Assembly (NCBI GenBank): GCA_045628045.1 | Contig: JAZQOV010000002.1 | Span: 32,001 to 96,000, forward strand | Direction of reading: 5' to 3' | DNA: 64,000 nt | Source of the DNA: Bacilli bacterium | GTDB lineage: Bacteria > Bacillota_I > Bacilli_A > RFN20 > CAG-826 | Shown here: in pieces, positions 39,561 through 49,833 of the stretch | Layout: each line of letters begins with the position of its first letter | Position numbering within the stretch: position 1 is the first letter of the stretch | The notes under the pieces: generated by a model | Seen by the model: only the letters and a program-made list of their open reading frames with translations | Database searches by the model: none | What the model was told of the DNA's origin: nothing | Made by a program: the position numbers and the translations under genes

Positions 39561-40947
39561 CAAAGTTATAGACCAAGAATATAAATACGGATTTAAAGAT
39601 AAAGACACATCCATTATAACCACTGGTAAAGGTTTAACAGAAGAAGTTGTCAGAGAAATCTCAAGACTTAAAAATGAACCTGATTGGATGCTTGAATTTA
39701 GATTAAAATCCTACAAGGCATTTAAAGAACTTCCAATGCCTTCTTTTGGCCCTGACTTATCATTTTTAGATTTTGATTCTTACACTTATTTTACAAGAAA
39801 CAGCAAAGCTGTTGAGAAAGATTGGGATAAGGTTCCTGAAACAATTAAGAACACATTCCAAAAGCTTGGAATTCCTGAAGCAGAACAAAAATATTTAAGC
39901 GGTGTTACAACTCAATATGAATCAGAGGCCGTTTATCACAACATGCTTAAGGAAGTTGAAGACAAAGGCGTTATTTTTCTTTCAACAGATCAAGCTGTTC
40001 AAATGTGCCCAGAAATTGTTAAGAAGTATTTCAATACGGTTGTTCCTTATAAAGACAACAAATTCTCAGCATTAAATGGTGCTGTTTGGTCAGGTGGATC
40101 ATTTATTTATGTTCCTCCTGGAGTTAAACTTGATAAACCACTTCAATCCTATTTTAGGATTAATAATGAAAAATCAGGTCAATTTGAGCGTACTTTAATC
40201 ATTGTGGATGAAGGCGCAGATGTTCATTATGTTGAAGGATGTACCGCTCCAATTTATTCAAAAGATTCTTTACATGCCGCAGTTGTTGAAATTGTAGTTT
40301 TGAAAGATGCACATTGTAGATACTCAACAGTTCAAAACTGGTCTACTAACATAGTTAACCTTGTCACTAAACGTGCAAAAGTTATGGAAAATGGCCATAT
40401 GGAATGGATTGATGGAAACGTTGGTTCACAAACAAATATGAAATATCCAGCCTGTATTTTAGCTGGTGAAGGCGCTAAAGGAACTTGCATTTCAATTGCT
40501 GTTGCAGGCAAAGGCCAATATCAAGATGCTGGTGCAAGAATGATTCACTTAGCCAGCAATACCTCATCAACAATTATATCAAAATCTATTGTTAAAAATG
40601 GCGGTGTTGCAAACTATCGTGGTTCTGTTAAGCACCTAAAAGGTGCTTTGAACTGCAAATCGCACGTAGAATGTGATACATTAATCTTAGATGATGTATC
40701 AAAATCTGATACAATTCCTACTAATGTAGTGCAAAATAATACTTCATTTATCGAACATGAAGCTACTGTTTCAAAAATAAATGAAGATCAACTTTTCTAC
40801 CTTATGAGTAGAGGTATTTCAAAGAAAGATGCAATTCAAATGGTTATTATGGGATTCATTGAACCATTCTCAAAAGAACTTCCTATGGAATACGCTGTTG
40901 AACTTAATCAACTCATTAAAATGGATATGGAAGGAAGCGTTGGATAG
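39550..40947 (+). CDS. sufB: Fe-S assembly protein SufB
   Basis: [41 protein letters not shown]. Confidence 0.95.
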   Translation: MKNNKVIDQEYKYGFKDKDTSIITTGKGLTEEVVREISRLKNEPDWMLEFRLKSYKAFKELPMPSFGPDLSFLDFDSYTYFTRNSKAVEKDWDKVPETIKNTFQKLGIPEAEQKYLSGVTTQYESEAVYHNMLKEVEDKGVIFLSTDQAVQMCPEIVKKYFNTVVPYKDNKFSALNGAVWSGGSFIYVPPGVKLDKPLQSYFRINNEKSGQFERTLIIVDEGADVHYVEGCTAPIYSKDSLHAAVVEIVVLKDAHCRYSTVQNWSTNIVNLVTKRAKVMENGHMEWIDGNVGSQTNMKYPACILAGEGAKGTCISIAVAGKGQYQDAGARMIHLASNTSSTIISKSIVKNGGVANYRGSVKHLKGALNCKSHVECDTLILDDVSKSDTIPTNVVQNNTSFIEHEATVSKINEDQLFYLMSRGISKKDAIQMVIMGFIEPFSKELPMEYAVELNQLIKMDMEGSVG

Positions 40948-40949
40948 AA

Positions 40950-42821
40950 ATGAAATCATATGATGTGATTGTCGTTGGTGGTGGACACGCTGGTGTTGAA
41001 GCTTGTGCTGCAAGTGCGCACATGGGTTTAAGCACGCTTTTAATCACATTAAATAAAAAGATGATTTCAAATATGCCTTGCAATCCTTCTATTGGTGGAA
41101 GCGCCAAAGGTGTTGTCGTTCGTGAAATTGATGCTTTAGGCGGAATGATGGGCATTGCTGCGGACCATGAATATCTTCAAATGAAGATGTTAAACACAGG
41201 AAAAGGCCCAGGAGTTCAATGTTTAAGAGCACAAGAAGATAAATTCAATTATCCACATTATATGCAAGAACTTCTCGATAAAATCGAGAATTTAGATATT
41301 TTAGAGGCTGAAGTTAAGGCACTTTCTCATACAGAAGACACAGTAAATGGCGTTGTTTTAGAGGATGGCTCAACAATTTCTGCTAAAGCTGTCGTCATTT
41401 CAACTGGCACTTATATGGAAGGTGCAATTTTAAGAGGTCACAAAGCTGTTAGCGGTGGCCCGGATGGAGAAAAACCATCCATTGGCCTTAGTAAATCTCT
41501 TCAAGAAATGGGTCTTGAAGTCTTTAGACTTAAAACTGGCACCCCACCAAGAATTAAGAAGAGTTCAATCGACTTTTCTAAAGCAGTTCCTCAATATGGA
41601 ATGGAAGGAAACTTCGGATTCTCATACTTAACAAATGAGTTCAGACCACTCAAAGAACAAGTTCTTTGTTGGTTAATTTATACAAATGAAAAAACACATA
41701 AACTTATTACTGATAATTTAGATAAAACAGCTACATACAATGGACTTCAAACTGGTGTAGGGCCTCGTTATTGTCCTTCGATTGAGTCAAAAGTTATGAT
41801 ATTTAGAGACAAAAAACGTCATCAACTTTTCCTTGAACCTGAATTTGAAAATGGAGAATCAATTTATTTACAAGGTTTCTCGACCGCTATGGAAGAGGAA
41901 ATGCAAGTAAAAATGGTTCACTCCTTAGAGGGAATGGAAAATGCTGAGTTTTTAAAATACGCCTATGCGATTGAATATGATGCATTAGTTCCAACTCAAT
42001 ACGATTTAACTTTAAAAGTTAAGAAATATAAAGGACTTTATGGAGCAGGTCAAATCTGTGGAACTTCTGGTTATGAAGAGGCTGCTGGTTTAGGCCTTGT
42101 TGCTGGAATAAACGCTGCACTTTATGTACAAGGTAAAGAGCCGTTTATTTTGAAACGTAATGAATCTTATATTGGCGTTATGATTGATGATATTGTCACA
42201 AAAGGAGTCATGGATCCTTATCGTCTTCTTTCATCACGTGCTGAGTATCGTTTACTTCTTAGACACGACAATGCCGACGTGCGTTTAACACCTTATGGAT
42301 ACAAGCTTGGATTGATAAGTGAAGAGCGTTATAAAAAGTTTGTCGAGAAGAACGAAAACGTTAAGAAAGCTACTGAGATTTTATCAAGAGTTCACCTTGG
42401 ATCTTCAAAGAGAGTTAACGATTATCTTTCAAGTAAAGGATTTGAAACTTTAAAGGCAGGAGTAAGCGGCTTAGAATTCTTCAAACGTCCAGAAATTCAT
42501 TACGAAAATATTTGTGATTTAATCCCAGAAATTGCGGAAATTCCCCTAGATTTCATAGGAATTTCGCAACTTGAGATAACTGTAAAATATGAAGGTTATA
42601 TCAAAAGAGAAATGTCTGAAGCAAACTCATTTGCAAAGTTTGAAAACTACATTATTCCAGATAATATTGATTTTTTAAATATGCATGGATTAGCTTTGGA
42701 AGCTCGTCAAAAACTTGATAAAATTAAACCGAGAACTGTTGGACAAGCAGGAAGAATTTCTGGTATTAATCCATCAGATATTTCGATTCTCATTATGAAT
42801 TTGAAAAGAACAGAAAAATGA
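40950..42821 (+). CDS. mnmG: tRNA modification enzyme MnmG/GidA
   Basis: GGGHAGVEA, MPCNPSIGG, RLKTGTPPR, GPRYCPSIE, SRAEYRLLLR. Confidence 0.96.
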   Translation: MKSYDVIVVGGGHAGVEACAASAHMGLSTLLITLNKKMISNMPCNPSIGGSAKGVVVREIDALGGMMGIAADHEYLQMKMLNTGKGPGVQCLRAQEDKFNYPHYMQELLDKIENLDILEAEVKALSHTEDTVNGVVLEDGSTISAKAVVISTGTYMEGAILRGHKAVSGGPDGEKPSIGLSKSLQEMGLEVFRLKTGTPPRIKKSSIDFSKAVPQYGMEGNFGFSYLTNEFRPLKEQVLCWLIYTNEKTHKLITDNLDKTATYNGLQTGVGPRYCPSIESKVMIFRDKKRHQLFLEPEFENGESIYLQGFSTAMEEEMQVKMVHSLEGMENAEFLKYAYAIEYDALVPTQYDLTLKVKKYKGLYGAGQICGTSGYEEAAGLGLVAGINAALYVQGKEPFILKRNESYIGVMIDDIVTKGVMDPYRLLSSRAEYRLLLRHDNADVRLTPYGYKLGLISEERYKKFVEKNENVKKATEILSRVHLGSSKRVNDYLSSKGFETLKAGVSGLEFFKRPEIHYENICDLIPEIAEIPLDFIGISQLEITVKYEGYIKREMSEANSFAKFENYIIPDNIDFLNMHGLALEARQKLDKIKPRTVGQAGRISGINPSDISILIMNLKRTEK

Positions 42822-43492
42822 AACTACTTGAAGAATTTGGATTAACAAAAGAACAAATTAATAAATTCGAAAAATATTTGAATTTGCTTTTAGAGTGGAA
42901 TGAGAAATTCAATTTAACTGCAATTACAAATAAAGATGAAATAGAAGAAAAACATTTTATTGATTCAATTGAGTTAGTTAAGTTTTTTGATTTAAAGAAT
43001 AAAACATTAATTGATATCGGCTCTGGTGCAGGATTTCCAGGAATCCCTTTAGCAATAGTTGAACCAAATTTAAAAGTGACATTACTTGAAGCAACCGGAA
43101 AACGTGTTACTTTCCTTAAAGAAGTTGTAAAAGAATTAGATCTTAAAAATGTTGAGATTATTCAAGGTCGTGCAGAGGAACTTGGTACTCGTGAAAAGTA
43201 CGATATTGTTACCGCTAGAGCAGTTAAAGAATTAAACATTTTACTTGAGATTTCTTTCTACTTAGTTAAGGTTGGCGGAAGCTTTATTGCATATAAGTCT
43301 TCTCTTATTGATGAAGAGATTAGTAACGCAAAACATGCATTCAAATGTCTAGAAATTGATGGATATAAAAAGTACGATTATTCCTTGCCAAAATCTAAAA
43401 ATCCTAGGGTTTTCCTGGAGATTTTGAAGAAAAACAAGACTCTTAAAAAGTATCCAAGACGTTATGGAGAAATAAGTAAAACACCTTTATAA
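42818..43492 (+). CDS. rsmG: 16S rRNA m7G527 methyltransferase
   Basis: WNEKFNLTAI, KHFIDS, DIGSGAGFPGIPL, TARAV. Confidence 0.95.
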   Translation: MKLLEEFGLTKEQINKFEKYLNLLLEWNEKFNLTAITNKDEIEEKHFIDSIELVKFFDLKNKTLIDIGSGAGFPGIPLAIVEPNLKVTLLEATGKRVTFLKEVVKELDLKNVEIIQGRAEELGTREKYDIVTARAVKELNILLEISFYLVKVGGSFIAYKSSLIDEEISNAKHAFKCLEIDGYKKYDYSLPKSKNPRVFLEILKKNKTLKKYPRRYGEISKTPL

Positions 43493-43512
43493 AAGTTGTG
43501 ATATAATATTAA

Positions 43513-43619
43513 TGTTTCAGGGCAGGGTGAAAATCCCGACCGGCGGTAAAACTCCGCGAACCGAAAGGTTGATCTAGTGTAATTCTAGAAGCGACAGTAA
43601 AGTCTGGATGAAAGAAACA
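43513..43619 (+). ncRNA. FMN riboswitch (RFN element)
   Basis: TCAGGGCAGGGTGAAAATCCCGACCGGCGGTA...CCGCGA...GATC...GACAGTAAAGTCTGGATG. TGnTATAAT promoter upstream; terminator TGCCTTG...CGAGGCA-T7 at 43637-43662. Confidence 0.95.
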
Positions 43620-43662
43620 ATTTCATGTATAAGATTTGCCTTGGAACGCGAGGCATTTTTTT

Positions 43663-44352
43663 ATGAATTACAAAGCATTTATTATTGGTATATTAGTTGT
43701 GATTTATATTTTCGCGTTCCTTAAAATTTACTTTCAGGAGAAACAACAAGCAAAATATAAATTTGGCACCAAACAAATGGTGAGAGTCGCAGTTTTTGGA
43801 GCTCTTTCCGGAATATTTTATATTTACATCAAATTCCCTGTACCATTTTTACCATCATTCCTAGAATTCCATTTTGATGAGATTCCAGCATTCATTGCAT
43901 CTTTTGCGTATGGCCCAATCTCAGGATTATTAGTTTTACTAATAAAAACAGTAATTAAATTGCCTTTCACTAACACATTAGGTGTTGGCGAATTAGCAGA
44001 TTTAATTTATTCTTTAGCCTTTATTTTACCAGCTTCTCTTATTTATAAGAGACATCGTAATTTTAAAGGTGTAATTGTTGGACTTTTATTTGGTACAATT
44101 CTTCAATTGGGCGTTTCACTTTTAGTGAATATTTACGTAATTATTCCATTCTACATGTCAGTGATGGGATTTAGTGAAGAATCAATTATGTATTTATGCA
44201 AACTTGCTAATCCAAAAATTACAGATATTGGTTGGTCTTATGGACTTATTGCTGTACTTCCATTTAATTTAATTAAGGATGCGGCGGTAATTTGTCTAAC
44301 CTTATTAACGTATAAATCTACTCATAAGTTTATTGACAAATTACAGAATTAA
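43663..44352 (+). CDS. ribU: ECF S-component, riboflavin transporter RibU
   Basis: FLEFHFDEIPAF, GVGELAD, LPFNLIK; downstream of an FMN riboswitch. Confidence 0.9.
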   Translation: MNYKAFIIGILVVIYIFAFLKIYFQEKQQAKYKFGTKQMVRVAVFGALSGIFYIYIKFPVPFLPSFLEFHFDEIPAFIASFAYGPISGLLVLLIKTVIKLPFTNTLGVGELADLIYSLAFILPASLIYKRHRNFKGVIVGLLFGTILQLGVSLLVNIYVIIPFYMSVMGFSEESIMYLCKLANPKITDIGWSYGLIAVLPFNLIKDAAVICLTLLTYKSTHKFIDKLQN

Positions 44353-44356
44353 AAAA

Positions 44357-44380
44357 AGACACCAAATGGTGTCTATTTTT
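44357..44380. terminator. Bidirectional terminator
   Basis: AGACACCA-AA-TGGTGTCT with A and T flanks between ribU and fer. Confidence 0.65.
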
Positions 44381-44394
44381 ATTTTTGAATTTAA

Positions 44395-44562
44395 TTATTC
44401 AACGTCGATTGCGCCGAATGGGCATTCAAAGCCAAGATCTCCTTCACATTCAGCGACTGCTTTTGCATGTCCTTCTTCATCAAATTCGAAGACTTCTGGA
44501 CGAGTACCAACACAGAGACCGCATGAACCGCAAAGTTCTGGATTAACTTTTACTTTTGGCAT
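44395..44562 (-). CDS. fer: Monocluster ferredoxin
   Basis: CGSCGLC...PEVF...CPFGAI; start MPKVKV after GGAGG; ribU-fer adjacency as in Bacillus. Confidence 0.9.
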   Translation of the reverse strand: MPKVKVNPELCGSCGLCVGTRPEVFEFDEEGHAKAVAECEGDLGFECPFGAIDVE

Positions 44563-44679
44563 TAGTTTTTCCTCCGCGGCAATTATTATATATAAAATGA
44601 ACAATTTTTACAATAACACATAAATAATACTACGTAATTAATGGCTTTATGTGATAACATATTAGCATTAAGGTTTAGT

Positions 44680-44985
44680 ATGACAAGGGTTGAGAAGTAT
44701 CGTCGTTATCGTGATGAAATTTCAAATATGAAGTTTGAAACTTTTTCGCAAAAGAAAGAGGCTGCAAAGCAGATCAACTTACTTCGCGAAAAAGATAGCG
44801 GAGATAAACTTAATTATGAAGATGTTATGGAAGTACATGAAGTCTTCGTTAGCGAGAAGAAAATTAAACATTTTAAATTATTTCCTCTTACTAAATATGA
44901 AATCATCTATACATTAATTGCAATTTTTATAATTTTAATTATACTATTAGCATTAATTTTTACAGGAAAGAAAATCTGGGGGTAA
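44680..44985 (+). CDS. Small hypothetical protein with C-terminal TM anchor
   Basis: MTRVEKYRRYRDEI start, hydrophobic C-terminus, 3 nt upstream of cmk. Confidence 0.7.
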   Translation: MTRVEKYRRYRDEISNMKFETFSQKKEAAKQINLLREKDSGDKLNYEDVMEVHEVFVSEKKIKHFKLFPLTKYEIIYTLIAIFIILIILLALIFTGKKIWG

Positions 44986-44988
44986 TTT

Positions 44989-45654
44989 ATGAAAAAAGTA
45001 GTAATCGCAGTAGATGGACCAGCAGCAGCTGGAAAATCAACAGTATCTAAAGCTGTTGCAAAGAAATTAGGTTTTACCTACATCGATACAGGAGCAATGT
45101 ATCGTGCTTTCACTGAATACGTTTTAAGAAAAGGCGTTGATCCAGAAAATGAAGCAGAATGCGTTAAATTAATCCCAGAAGTTGATATTACGCTTTTCCC
45201 AGATGGCAAAGTTATGTGTTCTGGAAAAGATGTTACAAAAGAAATTCGTGAACCACACGTTTCTAGCAATGTTTCTTACATTGCATCATACAAAGACATA
45301 CGTCTTGCGATGGTTGATCTTCAAAGAAAAATGGCTGATAAAGTTTCAGTTGTTATGGATGGAAGAGATATCGGAACTTATGTTCTTCCAAATGCTGATG
45401 TAAAAATTTTCCAAATTGCATCAGTTGAAGAAAGAGCAAAACGTAGATTTCTTGAAAATCAAGAAAAAGGCATTCCTTGCACACTAGAAGACATCATCGC
45501 AGATGTTGAGAAACGTGACAGAATTGACTCAAGCAGAGCTTTTGCTCCTTTAAAACCAGCAGAAGATTCCATTCAACTTGATACTTCAAAACTTACAATT
45601 GAAGAATCTGTACAAGCTGTTTTAGATATCATTGAAAAGAAAGTTGGAAAATAA
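44989..45654 (+). CDS. cmk: Cytidylate kinase
   Basis: AVDGPAAAGKST, IDTGAMYR, MDGRDIGT. Confidence 0.96.
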   Translation: MKKVVIAVDGPAAAGKSTVSKAVAKKLGFTYIDTGAMYRAFTEYVLRKGVDPENEAECVKLIPEVDITLFPDGKVMCSGKDVTKEIREPHVSSNVSYIASYKDIRLAMVDLQRKMADKVSVVMDGRDIGTYVLPNADVKIFQIASVEERAKRRFLENQEKGIPCTLEDIIADVEKRDRIDSSRAFAPLKPAEDSIQLDTSKLTIEESVQAVLDIIEKKVGK

Positions 45655-46961
45655 TGGGTTTAGGTGTTGTAGCAATAGTTGGAACTCCAAACGTAGGGAA
45701 ATCTACGATTTTTAATCGTATCGTTGGAAGAAGACGTGCGATTGTTGATGACCAACCAGGTGTTACAAGAGATCGTTTATACGAAACTGCTGAATGGTTA
45801 GATAGATCATTTAGAGTTGTTGATACAGGCGGAATCGAAATCGAAAATAGACCATTTCAAGAACAAATTAGAGTTCAAACTCAGCTCGCTATTGATGAAG
45901 CTGATGTAATTATCTTTGTAGCGGATGGTAAAAAGGGCATTACAAACGATGATAGATTCATCGCTAAGATGCTTTACAAAACAAAAAAGCCAATTATATT
46001 GGCTGTTAATAAAATTGATAACCAAGACATGCTTTTAAATCTTGGCGATTTTTATTCATTAGGTCTTGGTGAACCAATTGCTACCTCAGGTGAACACGGC
46101 ATCGGAATTGGTGATATTTTAGACAAAATAATTAAAGTCTTACCAAAGGTAGAGGATCAAAATTACGAAGATGCAATTACTTTCTCAATCATTGGTAGAC
46201 CAAACGTTGGAAAGTCATCTTTAGTGAACGCTTTACTTAAGAAAGAAAGAGTTATTGTTTCAAATATTGTCGGAACGACAAGAGATGCAGTTGATACTAA
46301 AATTACAAGAGACGGCAAAGACTATGTTGTTATTGATACAGCAGGTTTAAAAAAACGTGGAAAAATCTACGAATCACTTGATAAATACTCTGCTTTAAGA
46401 GCTTTAGCAGCTGTTGACCGCAGTGAAATCGTACTTTTAGTTATTGATGCTAATGAGGGAATTATTGAGCAAGATAAGCACGTTGTTGGCTATGCCATAG
46501 AAAAGAAAAAGGCAGTTATTATTGTTGTGAATAAATGGGATTTAGTAAAAAAAGAGCAAAACACTCAAATAAAATTTGAGAGAGACATCAGAAAGCAATT
46601 CCCATTCTTAGAATATGCTCCAATTATCTTCGTTTCTGCAAAGACTACATCAAAGGTTGAAAACATCTTTGAGAAGATTGATATGGTGCATAAAGCATAT
46701 GATACGCACATTACAACTTCTGTATTGAATCAAGTGGTCCAAGATGCCCAAATGATGAATGAAGCACCTGATTTTAATGGTGGAAGATTAAAAATTTATT
46801 TTGTTAACCAAGCTAACAGTTGTCCGCCTACCTTTGTTTTGTTCGTAAATAAGCCTAAATTCGCACATTTTTCTTATTTGAGGTACATTGAAAACCGTCT
46901 TAGAGACTCATTTAATTTGGACGGAACGCCTATCGAAATAGTCCTCAGAGAAAGAGTTTAG
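45654..46961 (+). CDS. der: Ribosome biogenesis GTPase Der/EngA
   Basis: Two G domains (PNVGKS twice, DTGG/DTAG, NKID/NKWD) and a KH-like C-terminus. Confidence 0.96.
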   Translation: MGLGVVAIVGTPNVGKSTIFNRIVGRRRAIVDDQPGVTRDRLYETAEWLDRSFRVVDTGGIEIENRPFQEQIRVQTQLAIDEADVIIFVADGKKGITNDDRFIAKMLYKTKKPIILAVNKIDNQDMLLNLGDFYSLGLGEPIATSGEHGIGIGDILDKIIKVLPKVEDQNYEDAITFSIIGRPNVGKSSLVNALLKKERVIVSNIVGTTRDAVDTKITRDGKDYVVIDTAGLKKRGKIYESLDKYSALRALAAVDRSEIVLLVIDANEGIIEQDKHVVGYAIEKKKAVIIVVNKWDLVKKEQNTQIKFERDIRKQFPFLEYAPIIFVSAKTTSKVENIFEKIDMVHKAYDTHITTSVLNQVVQDAQMMNEAPDFNGGRLKIYFVNQANSCPPTFVLFVNKPKFAHFSYLRYIENRLRDSFNLDGTPIEIVLRERV

Positions 46962-47014
46962 TTTACTAATTTAAAAATATTTGTTATATTAGACATACAG
47001 AGAAGGAGAAAATA

Positions 47015-47290
47015 ATGAACAAAGCAGAATTAGTATTAGCAGTTTCAGAAAGAACAGATTATCCAAAACAAGATGTTGAATTAATAATTGATGAATTTCT
47101 TGGTTTAATCGAAGGTAGCATTCTTAAAGGTGACGAAGTTAAAATTTCTAACTTTGGCGTCTTCTGTAAGAAAGTAAGACTCGCAAGAAAGGGAACAAAT
47201 CCTTCCACAGGAGCACCTATCACAATTCCTGCAAGTGCAACAGCAGGATTTAGACCTTCAAAGACCTTGAAAGCCAAACTTAATAAATAA
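47015..47290 (+). CDS. hup: HU family DNA-binding protein
   Basis: MNKAEL, NFGVF, ARKGTNPSTG, FRPSKTLK. Confidence 0.93.
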   Translation: MNKAELVLAVSERTDYPKQDVELIIDEFLGLIEGSILKGDEVKISNFGVFCKKVRLARKGTNPSTGAPITIPASATAGFRPSKTLKAKLNK

Positions 47291-47306
47291 TAGATTAAAA
47301 TAATAT

Positions 47307-47328
47307 AAGGTGCTGAAAGGCACCTTTT
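47307..47328 (+). terminator. Intrinsic terminator
   Basis: AAGGTGC-TGAAAG-GCACCTTTT. Confidence 0.75.
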
Positions 47329-47334
47329 ATTTTT

Positions 47335-47940
47335 ATGGATAATAAGCTTTTTAAATTTTTAAATGATAAATTCAAAGAGAATGGCTTCTCTATTTTTGAA
47401 GTTGGTGGAAGCGTAAGAGATGAACTCCTTGGTTTAGAATCTTATGATTTCGATTTCGCTACAGATGCAACTCCAAAAGAGATGATGAAATTTTTACCAG
47501 ATGCAAATGATACTTTTGCAAAATATGGTTGTATTAAATACAAAGGCGAATTTGGAAGAGCAGAAATTACAACTTTTAGAGAAGAAAATGACTACGATGA
47601 TTATAGGCATCCAAGTAAGATTAACTTTGTTAAATCTTTAGAAATAGATTATAAAAGAAGAGATTTCACTATAAATGCTATTTATAAAGACTATGAAGGA
47701 AATATTTATGATCCTTCTAATGGTGTTAAAGATTTAAAAAATAAACTTATTCGTTTCGTGGGAGAACCATCAAAAAGAATAAAAGAAGACCCACTTAGAA
47801 TTATTAGAGCAAAAAGATTTCAAAAAAAATTAGGATTTTCTTTTGACAAAGAAACCGAAAAAGCTATCGATGAATACTCATATTTATTAGACAAGCTAAA
47901 TCCACAAAAAGTATTAGAGGAAGAAAAAAAGAATAAATAG
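47335..47940 (+). CDS. Class II tRNA nucleotidyltransferase (CCA-adding type), short form
   Basis: VGGSVRD..LG, DFDFAT, EITTFR, RRDFTINA, EDPLRIIRA; only 201 aa. Confidence 0.85.
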   Translation: MDNKLFKFLNDKFKENGFSIFEVGGSVRDELLGLESYDFDFATDATPKEMMKFLPDANDTFAKYGCIKYKGEFGRAEITTFREENDYDDYRHPSKINFVKSLEIDYKRRDFTINAIYKDYEGNIYDPSNGVKDLKNKLIRFVGEPSKRIKEDPLRIIRAKRFQKKLGFSFDKETEKAIDEYSYLLDKLNPQKVLEEEKKNK

Positions 47941-47982
47941 TTATTTAACTATTTGAGTTTTTAAGATAAAATATCTCACAAT

Positions 47983-48630
47983 ATGTCAAACACACAAATT
48001 GATGCAATCGATTATAACTACTTACTCTTAGAGTATTATAAGAAACTAAGAATAACAGAAACTGAACTTTCTGTACTTTTAGTGATTGATCATTTGATTC
48101 AACAAAAAAATACACTTATCACTCCAGATCTTTTAAGCATGAAAATGAATCTTGATGCAAAAGAATTGGATAAAATTTTTGTTACTTTAATTGAAAGAGG
48201 CTTCCTTTCTTTTGATACAGGAAAAAAGATTAAGGTTTCTTTGAAACCTCTAAGAAAGAAACTTTACGAATGTTTCCAAAAGGAAGTTGTTCAAGAACAA
48301 CAAAACGCTAATGATAAAGCCAAAATCGAAAGAATTGAAACTGTAAAAAAAGCTTTTGAAGCTGAATTTAAAGGCGAATTATCTCCTCTTGAGAAAACAC
48401 TCATTAATGAGTGGATTGAACATGGTTATGCAAGTGACCAAATTATTGATGCAATGCACGAATGTCTTTCCAAAGGAAAGAAAACATTTAAATCAATTGA
48501 TAAGCTTCTTCTTCAATGGCAAACAAGAGATGATATGGAAAAAGCAGGCATTAGCGGCGCTTCCAATAATTGGGATAAAAATATTGAAGAAACTTTGAAG
48601 ATTGCAAAGACAAAGTGGATCGATGATTAA
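47983..48630 (+). CDS. dnaD: DnaD domain replication protein
   Basis: LLLEYYKKL, FEAEF..LSPLE, IDKLLLQW; dnaD-nth synteny. Confidence 0.85.
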   Translation: MSNTQIDAIDYNYLLLEYYKKLRITETELSVLLVIDHLIQQKNTLITPDLLSMKMNLDAKELDKIFVTLIERGFLSFDTGKKIKVSLKPLRKKLYECFQKEVVQEQQNANDKAKIERIETVKKAFEAEFKGELSPLEKTLINEWIEHGYASDQIIDAMHECLSKGKKTFKSIDKLLLQWQTRDDMEKAGISGASNNWDKNIEETLKIAKTKWIDD

Positions 48631-49240
48631 TACTGAATTAATTTTTTCGTATTTGGATGAAAAATATCCGGATGCACATTGTGAATTAAACTACACAAAA
48701 GATTACGAATTTTTAATAGCAGTCATGCTTTCTGCACAAACAACAGATAAATCTGTTAATGCAGCAACTGCTATTTTATTTTCTAAATATAAAACTGTAG
48801 AAGAACTCGCAAATGCAGATCTTTCCGACGTCGAATTCATAATTCGACATTTAGGAATGTATCAAGTAAAGGCAAGAAATGTTATCAAAATTGCTAAAAT
48901 TCTTGTCGAAAAGTATTCCGGCAAAGTTCCACATGACCCAGAAGCTTTATTGTCGATGCCTGGAGTTGGAAACAAAACTAAGAATTGTGTTCTTGGCGAA
49001 CTTTATAATGAACCGCTTCTCGCGTGCGATACGCATATGCAAAGATTCGCAAAGCGAATGGGCATAGCAAAAGAAGGCGATTCGGTTGAAACTATAGAAC
49101 AAAAATATATGCGTCTAATTCCAAAAGAAAGGGTTGTTAAAACTAACCATCAAATCATTTGGTTCGGGCGTTATTTTTGCAAAGCCATTTCACCTCAATG
49201 CGCAAATTGTAAATTAAAGGCAATTTGCAAAAATAACTAG
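48623..49240 (+). CDS. nth: Endonuclease III
   Basis: LIAVMLSAQTTD, HhH motif MPGVGNKT, DTH, C-x6-C-x2-C-x5-C. Confidence 0.93.
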   Translation: MINTELIFSYLDEKYPDAHCELNYTKDYEFLIAVMLSAQTTDKSVNAATAILFSKYKTVEELANADLSDVEFIIRHLGMYQVKARNVIKIAKILVEKYSGKVPHDPEALLSMPGVGNKTKNCVLGELYNEPLLACDTHMQRFAKRMGIAKEGDSVETIEQKYMRLIPKERVVKTNHQIIWFGRYFCKAISPQCANCKLKAICKNN

Positions 49241-49833
49241 GAATTCAGGTATATTTTGTCGATTATTTCGATATAATCAAGACGTGGCGAAAAGCCACTT
49301 TTTATTTGGAAAGCTTTAGTTTTAAACTCATTGTAAGGTATTGATTTTCGGTCACCTTCTTCATAGAATTTTATTACGTAACTTGCATCTAAAAGATAGA
49401 CTTCATTTAGCTTTGCAAACTCAATAATGAAGAATGCAATTCCTCCGTGTTTGAGAACATTTTTTAAATGCTCAATTTGATGAGGAGAAATGTTGTGCAA
49501 AGGAAATGATGTCACCTTTCGAGTGGACTTAGCTTCGAAGTCAATATACTTGCCTTTGTAAACACCGTTATAGTCAGTAGTCGATTGTTTTTCAAAGTAT
49601 GCGTTTGTAATAATTGGACCATGAGAATAATCAACTTTTACTACATTAATTGGAGTTGGTCTTTTAGTGATTAAGCAGATGTTATTTAGTTTATAAAACT
49701 CGTTGCTTAAATTAATGTCGCTTTCCAAATTCATACCTCGATTTCCATACGAAAAAACAGGAGATTTCCTGTGATTTACTGGTGAATTTGGTGGTTTTTT
49801 CTGAAATGTTTGTCCGTTAGAATACTTAATCAT
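49237..49833 (-). CDS. recU: Holliday junction resolvase RecU
   Basis: NRGMNLE, KRPTP, STTDYNGVYKGKYIDFEAKST, HQIEHL. Confidence 0.95.
   Translation of the reverse strand: MIKYSNGQTFQKKPPNSPVNHRKSPVFSYGNRGMNLESDINLSNEFYKLNNICLITKRPTPINVVKVDYSHGPIITNAYFEKQSTTDYNGVYKGKYIDFEAKSTRKVTSFPLHNISPHQIEHLKNVLKHGGIAFFIIEFAKLNEVYLLDASYVIKFYEEGDRKSIPYNEFKTKAFQIKSGFSPRLDYIEIIDKIYLNS

Noticed and set aside
41249-41257. DnaA box TTATCCACA inside mnmG, hinting at oriC
   Set aside because: Single box in a coding region; no dnaA, parAB or box cluster, and no switch in gene strand.
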